This document shows, piece by piece, positions 1 to 13,124 of a stretch of 64,000 nt of DNA (the first letter of the stretch is position 1; every line of letters starts with the position of its first letter). The notes under the pieces are model-generated. The model worked only from the letters and a program-made list of their open reading frames with translations, ran no database searches and was not told the origin of the DNA. A program made the position numbers and the translations under genes. Source of the stretch: Salpingoeca rosetta (lineage: Eukaryota > Protista > Choanoflagellata). Location of the stretch: NCBI GenBank assembly GCA_033442325.1, contig JAWQFM010000016.1, positions 1,345,679 through 1,409,678 of the forward strand. Reading direction: 5' to 3'.

Positions 1-147
1 AACACACGCGACGCCCAGCGCATGTTGTGCCACCGGTGTTCGGATGTCATGTGCTTTATTGCTCGGCTTTATTGCTCGTTGCCTGTCATGCGCTGCTGTG
101 CTAACACATGCATGTGTTCGTTTGTGCGTGTGATTGCTTGCGTGCAG

Positions 148-514
148 ATCAACGCTCTCACTGCTGCCTCTGAGGCCGCGTGCATGGTTCTCTCTGTGGA
201 CGAGACGGTCAAGGCACCGACGTCGGACGTGGTGCGGGTTTTGCGTCTGCGTATGCGTTGTTTGGCTGTGTTTTTGTCTTGTGTTCTCACACGTTTGTCA
301 CGCCTTCCTCTCGCCCCCCCTCCCTTTTGCTCCCCCACAACCCAACGGCCTTCTTCTGGCGCCCACCGGCACCATTTCTCACCTCACCTCACGTCACCTC
401 ACACCACGTGCCGTGAATGTGTTTGCTGTGCAGGCCGGAGCCCAGGCGCAGGGCGGCGGCCACCCAGGCATGATGCCTGCCGGCCGCGGCCGCGGTATGC
501 CCGCTCGCCGATAA
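148..514 (+). CDS. CCT7: T-complex protein 1 subunit eta, last two exons (148-231, 434-514); 5' part lies outside the window
   Basis: Spliced peptide INALTAASEAACMVLSVDETVKAP...AGRGRGMPARR* matches the CCT7 C-terminus (INALTAASEAAC.IVSVDETIK...GRGRG); canonical AG/GT boundaries. Confidence 0.93.
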
Positions 515-559
515 GCGCACACACATCGGTATGCCCGCTCGCCGATAAGCGCACACATC
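493..559 (+). repeat. 34-bp tandem duplication containing the CCT7 stop codon
   Basis: cggtatgcccgctcgccgataagcgcacac starts at 493 and again at 527. Confidence 0.9.
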
Positions 560-1151
560 CGGGTGCACCACGGGAGGCGGGCGCATGCGGGTGAAGGGAG
601 CAGCAGTCGCCGCCCTCATCGTTGCACGTGCTTGGATGTTGGTGGTGGTGGTGTGTGTTGTAGGTGTTTTTGTTGCAGGGTGTTTTGGTTGCAGTGTGTG
701 TTGGGTATGTGTGTGTGTATGTCAGCAGCAGCTCCTTTCTGTGTGTCGGCAAGAGCGCCTCTGTGATGTTAACGACGTTGTGGTGTTGTCTTCGAAGAAA
801 CATAGGGAAGAAGAAGAGTGTGCTTGTTGTGTAATTTGGTGTCGTATGTGTGTGCGTGTGTTAGCTTTGTTTGTTGTTCCGTAAGTTGGTTGTTTTGCTT
901 GCGGTTGGTGTCGCATAAGGCTTTTGTGGAACAAGGAGAGTAAAACGCCACTCCACTTTGAAAAGGGCGGTGATGTGTGTGTGTGTGTTCGTCGTATCTC
1001 ACATCACCCAAATTGTTGTGGCAAGGTTCAACACGTCACACACACACACACACACACACACACAACCAAAACAACGCTCCTCACGACTGACTTCAGTGTT
1101 GTTGTAGTTGCTGGCGATTTGCTGTATTTTCACACACATTTCGGCGCCAAT

Positions 1152-1576
1152 ATGGATGTGGTGCGAGCCGTCAAGTCGGCTGTGTTCTACGCCTGCCGCA
1201 AGGTCAAAGGCCTCAAGGGCGTTGTGCTCGACGATGCCATGGTAAGCGCTGAAAAAGGCGGGGGGAGGGGTTGGGAACCACTACGTACTGTGTGCTGCGT
1301 GCTGTGGTTGCAGTATGTGTGGCGTGCGTAGCTTGTGTGCGTGCATGTTTGTGGTGAGTCGTGCAATGGCAATGTCATTGCACACGCTCCAGCACAGTGG
1401 CAACTCCGCAGCCAGTCCTTCCTCTGCCCCTCACGCTGGTGCTCTCTTGCTCAGTTTGATACAGTGTGCATGAGCATGGGGTGGAAGCGGCAGCCCCTGC
1501 AAGAGATGGAGGTGTGTAATCCATCGCAAAGGGGGACTTGCGAGTGGGGAATCGTGTCCAGTTCAAACCTGCAGAG

Positions 1577-1612
<36 letters not shown>

Positions 1613-1803
1613 TGGTGCACTCGGTCTGTGCTCTCACTGCGTTTGCTGCGTGCTGACTAACAACCTTGGTTGTTGATATCGATTGTTGGCGTGATGCTCG
1701 GGTTTGGCAGGTGTTCCAGTTGGATCGAGTCTCCTCACAACGAGAGCTGATGCCAGAGGTCGCGTGCATCATGATCCTTCGACCAACGCAGGTGCGTGCG
1801 TGC

Positions 1804-1854
<51 letters not shown>

Positions 1855-2358
1855 GGTCATGTGTGTGTGTGCGTTTGTCTTTATGTGTGTAGGTGTCGTG
1901 TGCCACGTGTGCCAAGGACAAGGGTGCACACTTGTGTCAGGTGTGGCTGCTTTGTGGGCTGGACTGAATTTTGTGCATTGTCGCTATTGTTAATAGATCC
2001 TCCAACCCTCATCCATGCACAGGAAAACTTGGACTTCTTGCGCGCAGAGCTGTCAGATCCAAAGTACCGCGAATACAACATCTGTACGTCGTTACCATGT
2101 GTCTCTATCATTCCCCTATCGCACGAGTGAACATCCACACCCGTATTCACCCTCTTTGCCGTTGAAACTTTGTCTTTGTTTTGCTTGTTTGACCTCTAAC
2201 TGCGACCTGCCCCAATCCACTGCTGCTGTTTCACGCAGTCTTCTCCAATGTTGTCACGGAGGATCAGCTGAAGGACCTCGCCATGGCCGATGCACACAAT
2301 CTTGTCAACGAGGTACGCGAGCGCACACGTGTGTATGCGGCTCTGTGTGTGTTGTATT

Positions 2359-2418
<60 letters not shown>

Positions 2419-3701
2419 GTCTTTGTGCAGGTGCGACAACAATACCTACGGTGCACGCACTTACTTTTGTGACGCCCCTCTGTCCGCGTGCCAGGTTGAA
2501 GAGCTGTACATTGACTTTTGGCCGCACGACTCGCACCTCTTCACCACCAACACCCTGGGCTGCCTCAGCTCCCGACACATGGTACCTGACTGTGCACGCT
2601 CGCTGTGTGTCTCTGATATGGCTGGGCGTTTGCAGTGGTTCGTGCAGCCATGGAACACATGTGTGGGTGCACGTGAGTGTACGTGTGTTCGTGTGTACGT
2701 GTGTACGTGCATGCGTGTCCTCACTGCATCCACCACATGTGTGTGTGTGTGCGTGTGTGTGCAGATCAAGGGCAGTGCCATGCAGTCGATGACATCGGGG
2801 CTCTACAGCGTCGTGCAGTCCCTCAAGCTCAACCCAGTCATCAGGTGACGCAATCGTGACGTGTACGTATGCGTGCGAGTGTTTGTGTGTATACGTATGC
2901 GTGTGAGTGTGTGTGCGTGTGAGTGTGTGTGTGTGTGTGCATGCATTATCTTACACATTCGAACACACGCCCTCTTACACACACACGCACCCGTCCCCCC
3001 TCCGCCATCTTGACATCGCCTCTGTGCTGCAGGTACCAGGGCGGGTCCAGTGCGTGTGAGGCCGTGGCTCAGCGGTTGAGTGCAATTCTCGGTGGTGGTG
3101 GACGTCCGGACCAGCAATCCGTTGTCCTCATTGTCGACAGGCGCGCAGACCCAATCACCCCGCTCCTCCTGCCCGTGAGTCACAGCGGTGGTGGTGATGG
3201 CTAATGGGTGTTCGCAGTTGTTGTCGTTGTTCTTCGCAGTTGTTGTCGTTGTTCGCGTTGAGCTGGCCCTGACTTGTTGCACTATTTCTTACGCCGCCAT
3301 GGCTTGCATGACACCTTGCACGCCCGTCCTTATGACCAATGCCGCCATCTTCGCAATCGTATCATCACCGCAATGGCTCCATATGGCACTGTCAGTGGAC
3401 GTACGGTGCGATGGTGCACGACTTCTTTGGGCTCGTCAAGAATCAAGTGGACCGCTCCCGTCTCAAGGACAAGCAGCTTGACGAGCCAAACTTCTCTCCA
3501 GCACACGATCACCTCCTCCGCGGCTGCCACAACAGCTTCTTCGCACAGGTACGCCTGCTGCGTGCATGACGCATGGGTGTGATGCGTGTTGCTTCCACTG
3601 CTCATCTTGGCTGCACGCCCCTCTATTCAACACAACAACGCACCCCTCACACACTGTATGCAACATGCGTGAATGCGTTTGTGTGATTGTGTGGCGTGAA
3701 T

Positions 3702-3762
<61 letters not shown>

Positions 3763-4079
3763 TGCAGCTATTTGACTCAGCCAAGCGGTTTGCAAAGATT
3801 GTCGATGAATACCAGCAGCTCAATGATCGCATCAAGACTCTCAGCCTTCAAGATATGGCGGTGTGTGTGTATGTGTGTGTGTGTGTGTGCGGACATGCGT
3901 GTCATGCCTTCAACCCCGCGCCATTGCAACAGAACTTCACGCACCACGAATACCCCCTACACAATATAATCCGCTGCATCTGTGCTGCTGGTGTTGGGTA
4001 TCAGGGGCTGGTGAACGAGCTGCCGAAGCTGAAGGCCCAACGTGACGTCGCCGCACTGGTGAGAACACATGCACACACA

Positions 4080-4113
<34 letters not shown>

Positions 4114-4628
4114 GCCGCACACACACACACACACACACACACATGCACATGCACATGCACACACACATATACATGTCGCTTGCCACCTCCTCACCACCCT
4201 GTCCCCCATCACAACCATCTCCCCCCCCCCTCCATCTCGGACCATCAGCACTTCAAGTTGGCCGGGGAGCTGCGACGGGTCATCAACGAATATCACCTCC
4301 ACGATTCCGACGAAGACAGCATCTTCCACGCACAGCTCGACATGCTCTCAAACAGACGCAAGGCGGCTGCTCTCAAGGTTGCTCGCTGTCGTTTGTACAC
4401 GTATGTTTGTGTGTGTGCAGGTCACATCGCTTTTGGATATGTGGTGTGCGCATATTTCCGTTTACCCGCGGCATTGCCGCCTACATGCAGCCCCTCGCCT
4501 TTGTCTGACACATGAACACACGAACGCGCGTACACATGTGCACAGGCGCTGCGCGCGATTATGGACGACCGCCGGTTCCGGAAATCAGAGAAGTTGAGGT
4601 GAGCACGTGATGGGCTCTCACGCACGCA

Positions 4629-4724
<96 letters not shown>

Positions 4725-5654
4725 CATATGCATACGCACGCGTTCTCTCACGCGCCTTACCCACGCGACACACTCATTCAACCACTAATGTGTCACGTGA
4801 CAGGCTTGTGCTGCTGTTTGTGCTGCGATACGAGAAGGACAAGCTGCCCATGGACGAAGTGACGGATTTGCTGTTTGAGGGGCGATGCACAGAGCGGCAA
4901 CGCCGGGTGAGATGGGCTCAACAGACGTGCGTGCGTGTATGTGTGTGTCTGTCTGTCTCTGCCTCTGTCTCTGTCTCTGTCTCTCTCGCTCTCTGTCTGT
5001 GCGTGCTGGTCTGCATGCGCTGCTCATTGTTTTGCATTGACCCGTGTTGTGGTACGCATGTGTGTTGACATGGGTGCAGCTGCCACGACTGCTGCTCCCG
5101 TACGCCGGCCGCGCCTCCGATGGCCGCACATCACACGACATCTTCAAGTCAGTCGCTCGCGTGCACATCACGTCGCAACGGGGACTGGGATTTGGGGGGG
5201 GGTTAGCAATTGCACCTTTGCTGCTCTTCATATTCATCGTCTGGATTGCCGTTCATACTCATCTTCGCACATGCACACGCATGCACACACACGTGCGCAC
5301 ACACCTGCACACACCTGCACACACACACACGCGCGCGCGCATTGGCTGGCAGGTTGGCAGCGCAGCCCACTGCGGCCAACGAGGAGGAGACGCAATTCAG
5401 CATCTGCGAACACACCCCGCTGCTGGCACACACACTCGACGCATTGATCAAGGTGTGTGTGAGTGTGTGTGTGTGTGTGTGAGTGAGTGCGTGTGTGTGT
5501 GCGTGTGTGTGTGTGCGTGTGTGTGAATGTGTGTGTATTTGACTTTTGTATTTGTGTCTGGTTCACGTCTCCATGTGTGTGTGTGTGTGCATATTCAGGG
5601 CGCATTGAGCGGAAGCGACTACCCAGCTGTCAACGACAGCGACACACGAACACC
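1152..5654 (+). CDS. VPS45: Sec1/Munc18-family protein VPS45, multi-exon, 3'-partial
   Basis: MDVVRAVK...VFQLDRVSSQRELMPEVACIMILRPTQENLDFLRAELSDPKYREYNIFFSNVV; VLIVDRRADPITPLLLPWTYGAMVHDFFG; EHTPLLAHTLDALIKG all follow VPS45 order. The expected final IIVF..GG.TYEE segment is not visible and probably lies in gap 5867-6126. Confidence 0.88.
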
Positions 5655-5802
5655 GTCAGTTGAAGAGGAGGAGACGGTCACCTGAAATGCCTCCCCACCA
5701 TTGGATGGATCTATGTCGTTTGCTCATATATAGCTTGCTCATATGTAGCTTGCTCATCCTCCCCATGCTCTCACGCACACACGCACACACGCACACACAC
5801 AC

Positions 5803-5844
<42 letters not shown>

Positions 5845-5866
5845 GTGTGTGTGTGTGTGTGTGTGT

Positions 5867-6126
5867 NNNNNNNNNNNNNNNNNNNNNNNNNNNNNNNNNN
5901 NNNNNNNNNNNNNNNNNNNNNNNNNNNNNNNNNNNNNNNNNNNNNNNNNNNNNNNNNNNNNNNNNNNNNNNNNNNNNNNNNNNNNNNNNNNNNNNNNNNN
6001 NNNNNNNNNNNNNNNNNNNNNNNNNNNNNNNNNNNNNNNNNNNNNNNNNNNNNNNNNNNNNNNNNNNNNNNNNNNNNNNNNNNNNNNNNNNNNNNNNNNN
6101 NNNNNNNNNNNNNNNNNNNNNNNNNN
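5867..6126. other. Assembly gap (N run)
   Basis: Run of N. Confidence 1.
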
Positions 6127-6183
6127 CATTTCTTTTTTTTTCGGGAAGAACAAAAACGGAAGCGAGTGAGGGGGGGGGGGGGT

Positions 6184-6354
<171 letters not shown>

Positions 6355-6435
6355 GCACGAATCAGTCGCAACGTCAAACGCAAAGCAACACACACACACA
6401 CAGACACGCACGCACACACTGCACAGTACAGTGGC

Positions 6436-6700
6436 CTACGCGTGTGTGCTCTGTGCGTGTGTGAGTGCGCGATCAACACGATCTGCCAGCACTTCGAGAA
6501 GTGCACGCGTGTGCGCGTTTGCGGAGGACATGAACGGTTCGAGTTTGACGCGTTTGTACTTGTAGAGCAGCTTTGCGGCCTGCTGCGCTGTTGCCTCACT
6601 CCTGTGCGGCCCTTTCGTCTCCTCACTCACACTCAGCCAGTACTCCCTGCAACGATGGTGATGATGATGATGATGATGATGGTGATGATGATGGTGATGG

Positions 6701-6732
<32 letters not shown>

Positions 6733-7362
6733 GTGATGGTGATGGTGATGGTGATGGTGATGGTGGAGGTGATGGTGATGGTGATGGTGGTGTATGGTTC
6801 GGGTAAGCAGTTATAACTGTGCAGATACAAAACATCCCATGTCTGAACACGCCCATGCAAGCAATGGCATGGACACGGTTGCCACATCACACCTCAGCAG
6901 TGTTTCGAACGCTTCCTCATATTGCATGATGGCAATGCACTCGTCCTGGCTCGCGTCTGNNNNNNNNNNNNNNNNNNNNNNNNNNNNNNNNNNNNNNNNN
7001 NNNNNNNNNNNNNNNNNNNNNNNNNNNNNNNNNNNNNNNNNNNNNNNNNNNNNNNNNNNATCAGCCAAGTATCTGAGTCACGACGCCCCTCTCACTTCCA
7101 ACTGCGTAGCGTAACAATGACAATCATCCATCGCCTTCACCCCCCATCATGATGGGCACCTCACCTCTGTGTTGCAAACTCCTGAGCAACAGCTAAGGCA
7201 GCATCGCCGCTCGTGTGGACGGGACGGCACTGCAGCGAAACAGACGCCGGCACCGCTGGCACCTCGTCCACGTCCGCCTGCAATCGTGCACGGTGGATTG
7301 GATGGAGAACAGTGATGGTGAATGAGTCAGGCAAAGCATGATGAAACCCGCAACACAACACC

Positions 7363-7401
<39 letters not shown>

Positions 7402-7685
7402 ATACACATGCACACACATACATAAACACACATACACAGGCACACAACCTTCATTGCCTGCGGCGTTCTGTATTCCTCCCTCAGGTGCAATGGCGCCGTG
7501 CGCACGTGTTTGACTTCTCCTTGAAGGTCATCATACTCTGTCGCTTCCTTCAGCCGCTTCTGAATCTGCTCCGCCTGCATCTCCAGTGAACCACCATGAC
7601 CGCCACCGCCACCAATCCCAGCACCCAATTCGTCATCCTTAACGTCTCTCCCACTCCTCTTCGCGCCATCACCATCGCCACCACG

Positions 7686-7721
<36 letters not shown>

Positions 7722-8582
7722 GTGTGTGAGTGCAGCAGCAGCGCTGGTTGCGCCCATGAGCGTGAGGATCTTGGTGCTGTCGTCGTTCAGCAGTGCAATG
7801 TTGCGTCGCCGTCGCTTGAGCGGCGCCTGGCGCCTGGTGTGGTGGTGGTGCGGTGGTGTGTTGGTGTTGATGAGTGGCCGTGGTTTCGGGAGCGGCAGCT
7901 GTAGCAAAATGCAGCAGGGGCAGCAGCAGCAGCAGCAGCGCTACAACGATCACGAGGACGACACGCACACACACGCACACACACGCACACACACGCACAC
8001 ACACGCACACGCACACACACACGCGCACACGCACACGCACACGCACACACACACACACAGCATGGACGTACGATGACTTGAGCTCCTTCATGACGACGTG
8101 CCCGCTCGCCTCCTCCTCATCGTGCACGGCGTCGTTCATGGAGATGTCATTCAGCGGATTCGACAGGGCCTGGTGGTGACGCAACGGTGATCGCGATGAT
8201 AGCGACGACGATGATGGTGGTGGTGATCACCATGGTGGTGGTGATGATGATGGTGGTGATCACGATGGTGGTGGTGATGATGATGGTGGTGTTCACGATG
8301 GCAAGACGAACCGAACAGAAGGTCAATGGTGCGGTACAGCAACGTAAGCGCAAACGCACAGACACAGACAGTCGCACATACAAACAGGCACACGAGCGGC
8401 AAGCGTACCACATCGAGGTGAGCCCTGATTTCGTCCTGCTTTTCACCGAGATCCGAAAACATGTCTTTGGTCTGGATGGAGTGTTTGTTCAGGCTACCCC
8501 GCTGGAAGATGGGCGAGAACCACACCTTCTTCCAGAACAGACTCTCCGGTATCTGCACGTGTGCGTGCGGTGTGCGTGCGGT

Positions 8583-8634
<52 letters not shown>

Positions 8635-9330
8635 TGAAGGACGCCCATAGTGGAGAGTGCCGTGCAGCACACAGACACACATACACGCCCTAACTTACAC
8701 ACACACGCGCGCACAACCGCACACACACACACGCGCGCACCTGCTTTGAGAGGACGTGCTGCTTGTATGCGTCCTCGACCGCCGGATAGAGTTTGAAGAT
8801 ACCCTTGATGACGTTGGTGGAGAGCTGAATCTCATTCCGCTGCCCGTCGCTACTCTCAAGCCGCACATACTGCGACAACAGCCCTGCACATGGTGTGTGC
8901 GTGTGTGTGTGTGTGTGTATGTGTGTGTGAGGAACAGAGCGAGCATGCAATGTAACCATCACCCTCCTGACACCTCCTCCCCAAACAGTCCCATCACGGC
9001 TGCCGCACCTGAGGAGATGCCGAGGTGCTGCCCTTTCTCATATGACGAGGCCTTTGACGACCGCCCAAGCTCGTCCTTGAACGTCTCCCAGAACAGGGAC
9101 TCCTTGATAAACTTCTTCTTCTTCACTCCGACGATGAACAGCTCCTTAAGTAAGGGGTTGCGTTCCAGCAGTGCTGCCTTCTTGCGCTTCAGCTCCTGCG
9201 ATTTCTTCCGCTCGTCTTCCTTCAGCCGCGCCTCCACCGTCTCCAACGACTCCTTTGACTCGTCTGGTCGTGGTGGTGGCGGTGGCGGTCGTGGTGGCGG
9301 TGGATGTCACGGTGATGCAGTAACTGGGAG

Positions 9331-9368
<38 letters not shown>

Positions 9369-10853
9369 AACACACACAAACACACACACAAACACACACA
9401 CAAACATGCACACACACACACACAAACATGCACACACACACACAAACACACACAAACACACACACACACACAAACACATAAACACTCTCTCGCACACACA
9501 CACACATACACACCTTCTGCGAGGGCGGAGTGCAAGTGCTCCTGTTCCATGCTTTGCTTGCTGGAGCTGTTGTACACTTCCACAATGAGTTTGATGGCCT
9601 CATCACGTGCCGCTGCAGCCTCTGTGGGCGTGCCGGCCAGGAAGCGAAACGTGTACTCGTGCTGGTCCACCGTCGTCAGCTGTGCACGTGTGTGTATTCG
9701 TGAGGCGGTGGGTGAAGCAGGACAACACATAGACAGCATCGGCCGTCGAGTAGTGGAGAGAGAAAAAGACACATATCAGATCCAAGCATACACACACACA
9801 CATTCACACACACATACACACACACACACCGTCATCTTCATGCCTGCGGCGGAGGAGATCTTGCGGGGGCGACGCTTCAAATCGCGCGCTGCAATGCTCA
9901 CCTATGTGACGCACAGACATAAACATGCGTGAGTACATACGCAGTTGCCAGGGGCGCATGAGCACAGTAATGGCAAAGACAGTGACAGAGACCATGTGGA
10001 AACACACCCAAACACACGTGCACGCAGATGAAGTGCACACAGACACACACAGACACACACGCAGACACACACACGTACACACACAGACACACACACAGAC
10101 ACACACACGTACACACACACTCACACACGTACACACACACGTACACACACACGTACACACACACGTACACACACACGTACACACACACACACACATACGC
10201 ACACACCTCGGGGTGGAGGGGCGCCTTTCTTCTGCCAGGCAAGCGCTTGTTGGTGACGCGTTGTAGGTTCGGCACGTGCGATGCCTGGCTCCACACACAT
10301 TCACACACACATACACACACACACACCGTCATCTTCATGCCTGCGGCGGAGGAGATCTTGCGGGGGCGACGCTTCAAATCGCGCGCTGCAATGCTCACCT
10401 ATGTGACGCACAGACATAAACATGCGTGAGTACATACGCAGTTGCCAGGGGCGCATGAGCACAGTAATGGCAAAGACAGTGACAGAGACCATGTGGAAAC
10501 ACACCCAAACACACGTGCACGCAGATGAAGTGCACACAGACACACACAGACACACACGCAGACACACACACGTACACACACAGACACACACACAGACACA
10601 CACACGTACACACACACTCACACACGTACACACACACGTACACACACACGTACACACACACGTACACACACACGTACACACACACACACACATACGCACA
10701 CACCTCGGGGTGGAGGGCGCCTTTCTTCTGCCAGGCAAAGCGCTTGTTGGTGACAACAAAGAAGCCATCGCGGTCTCCCTTGCGCACATCAAAGTGCTTC
10801 AACACCTTCTCGCCATAGTGCAGGTGGAAGTCTTGCAGGAAGTCATACGACAT
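6436..10853 (-). CDS. GTF2H1: TFIIH subunit p62 (PH domain plus BSD domains), multi-exon, spans gap 6960-7059
   Basis: N-terminal PH-like region (exon 1, 10853-10704); BSD repeats [12 protein letters not shown]...IKESLFWE and [16 protein letters not shown]...[12 protein letters not shown]; C-terminal ETLLREYW...RVKLEPF resembles p62 ELLRHFW...TKLCPF. Confidence 0.88.
6960..7059. other. Assembly gap (N run)
   Basis: Run of N. Confidence 1.
9795..10755. repeat. 497-bp-period tandem duplication covering GTF2H1 exon 2, intron 1 and the end of exon 1
   Basis: The 72-nt exon appears at both 9830-9901 and 10327-10398 with matching flanks. Confidence 0.93.
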
Positions 10854-11033
10854 TGTGACCGCAGCAGCGAGTGTTGTGGCGTTGTCCTCTCGCTTGTTGC
10901 AGTGTCGCGCACTACAGTTTATGGTGATCTTTTCCATATCCGCTGTTGCATTCTTCCTTTTCCAAACACGCACAACCACCAGCAGCCAGCGACCTCACGC
11001 ACGTCACGAACCATCCATCCCCACGGCAGCACC

Positions 11034-11882
11034 ATGGATGAGGACGAACAAGGTGTTGCCGGCATGCGTGTGCGAAGCGCTGATGACCACGCAGGAGAAC
11101 GACAGCTTGAAGAAGCACGAGAAGCTGTCGAAGAAGACGACCGCGAAGAAGAACGGGGCTCCCCACAACAGGAGCCAGGTAATGCAGACAACACACATGA
11201 CGACGACGAGGATGACGAGGATGTTGAAGGAGATGGCGTTGATGGTGAAGGCCTCGGTGGTGGCAATGGCAACGGTGCCAGTGTTGATCAGGATGAAGCA
11301 ACCACGGTCGACGCCATGATCAACAACAGCACCAGCATCCACAATACTCACACCACCACCACCACCAACAACAACAACAGCGGGTCGTCGCCTGTGGTAG
11401 AGGCAGACATGTCTGAGATTGCCCTGACTGTCGCCGCGACAAACACGGCCATGGACGTGCTTCAGCGCCTGAGTAACGTTTCGCTGCGCTCCCCCACACC
11501 CACGCACCGCCCGCACCCCGTGGCGGTGTGGCCCTCGGAGACTGCGTCAGCGCCTGCAACCGAGGGGGACGACACAACTCCAACGACCACCGCGGATGCA
11601 GCGGGCGTCTCCGTTGCTGCCACACCTTCGCCAGCAACGGGCCCCGCTGTTGCTCTGACTGCTGCTCCGACTGCCGGTGTGAACAGCCGGGGTCGTGGTC
11701 GGCACCACCGCCGAGCCCAGCAGCACGCGCATGCGCAGCACGCTCAGCACGCCCGTGCCCATCAGCAGCAGCAGGTACAGCAGCGCCAACACCAACACAG
11801 CACCCACCAGCACAATCACCGCCACCACCACCACCATCACAACCACAACCCCAACCACCACCACCGCTATCAACAGCACCGC

Positions 11883-11926
<44 letters not shown>

Positions 11927-13044
11927 CCCACCACCACCGTCTTCATCATCAGCACCATCGGCCCACCACGCGCCGACGAGCCGCAACGGCGGTGACGGCA
12001 GCACGCAGCGCATGCAGCGCCTTGCCCACCAGCGCCACATGCAGCAGTATCACCGCAACGCCGCCGCCGCAATCGCTGCAACAACAGGTGTCATGCCAGT
12101 GCAGGCAGCAACACCATCAGCAACAGCAGCAACGGTGGCGAGTGGGAGGCAGCAGGGCGCTGCCATGTCCCCGGTGACGCCCAACACGGCGGCAGACGCC
12201 CCAACGGCAGAGGCGCTTGCACTTGCGGTGCTAGCGGACGCGGGCACTACAGCCACACCATCAGCAACCGGCGAGAGGGGTGGCGGTGGCAGTGGAGATG
12301 GAAGAGACACCACCACACCTGGCACCGCCAGCAACGATCAAGCCATGACGGCTGCTGCCGTGCTGGCTGACGAGGAAGAGGACCCCACGATGGGGTGGGA
12401 CCAGGAGCTGTTTGTGCATCCTCCGGACGAGCTGCTACGCTGCCCCGTGTGCGGCCTTGTCATGCGTGACGCCGTGCAGTGTCCGCAGCAGCACTGCTTC
12501 TGTCGACCGTGCCTCACCACCGCCCTGGCGCACAAGGCAGCGTGCCCCGTGTGCCGCAAGATCATGTCGTGGGAGGATGCGCAGCCGAACCGCATGGTGC
12601 GGGCCATGGTGGACCGTTTGGTTGTCCGCTGCCGCAACCACACGCACGGCTGCAGCGTTGCCCGCCCCGTTGGCGAGATTGAGTCGCACCACAAGGCGTG
12701 CGAGTACGCCATTGTGTGCTGCCTCAACCAGGAGTGCCACCACCGCCTCCCGCGCAACGAGATGGGCGACCATCTTGCCACGTGCGAGTTCACGCGCATC
12801 ACGTGCGAGGACTGCGGCGATCGCTTCCTCGTCTCCGACCGCGCCCGCCACTCGTGCCTGCGCTTTGTGCTCGGGCAGGTGCGCAGCTTGGCAGATGCGT
12901 TGCGTCAGCGCGATGACGAGATTGCGTCACTGCAGCAGAAGAACAGGGACCTTGAGGCGCGCGTGCTTATGCTTGAGGAGCACTCGTACCACATGCAGCA
13001 GGACGCGTCCAGGCACGACACGCCCTCCCCTTCCTCAGCAACGT

Positions 13045-13124
<80 letters not shown>

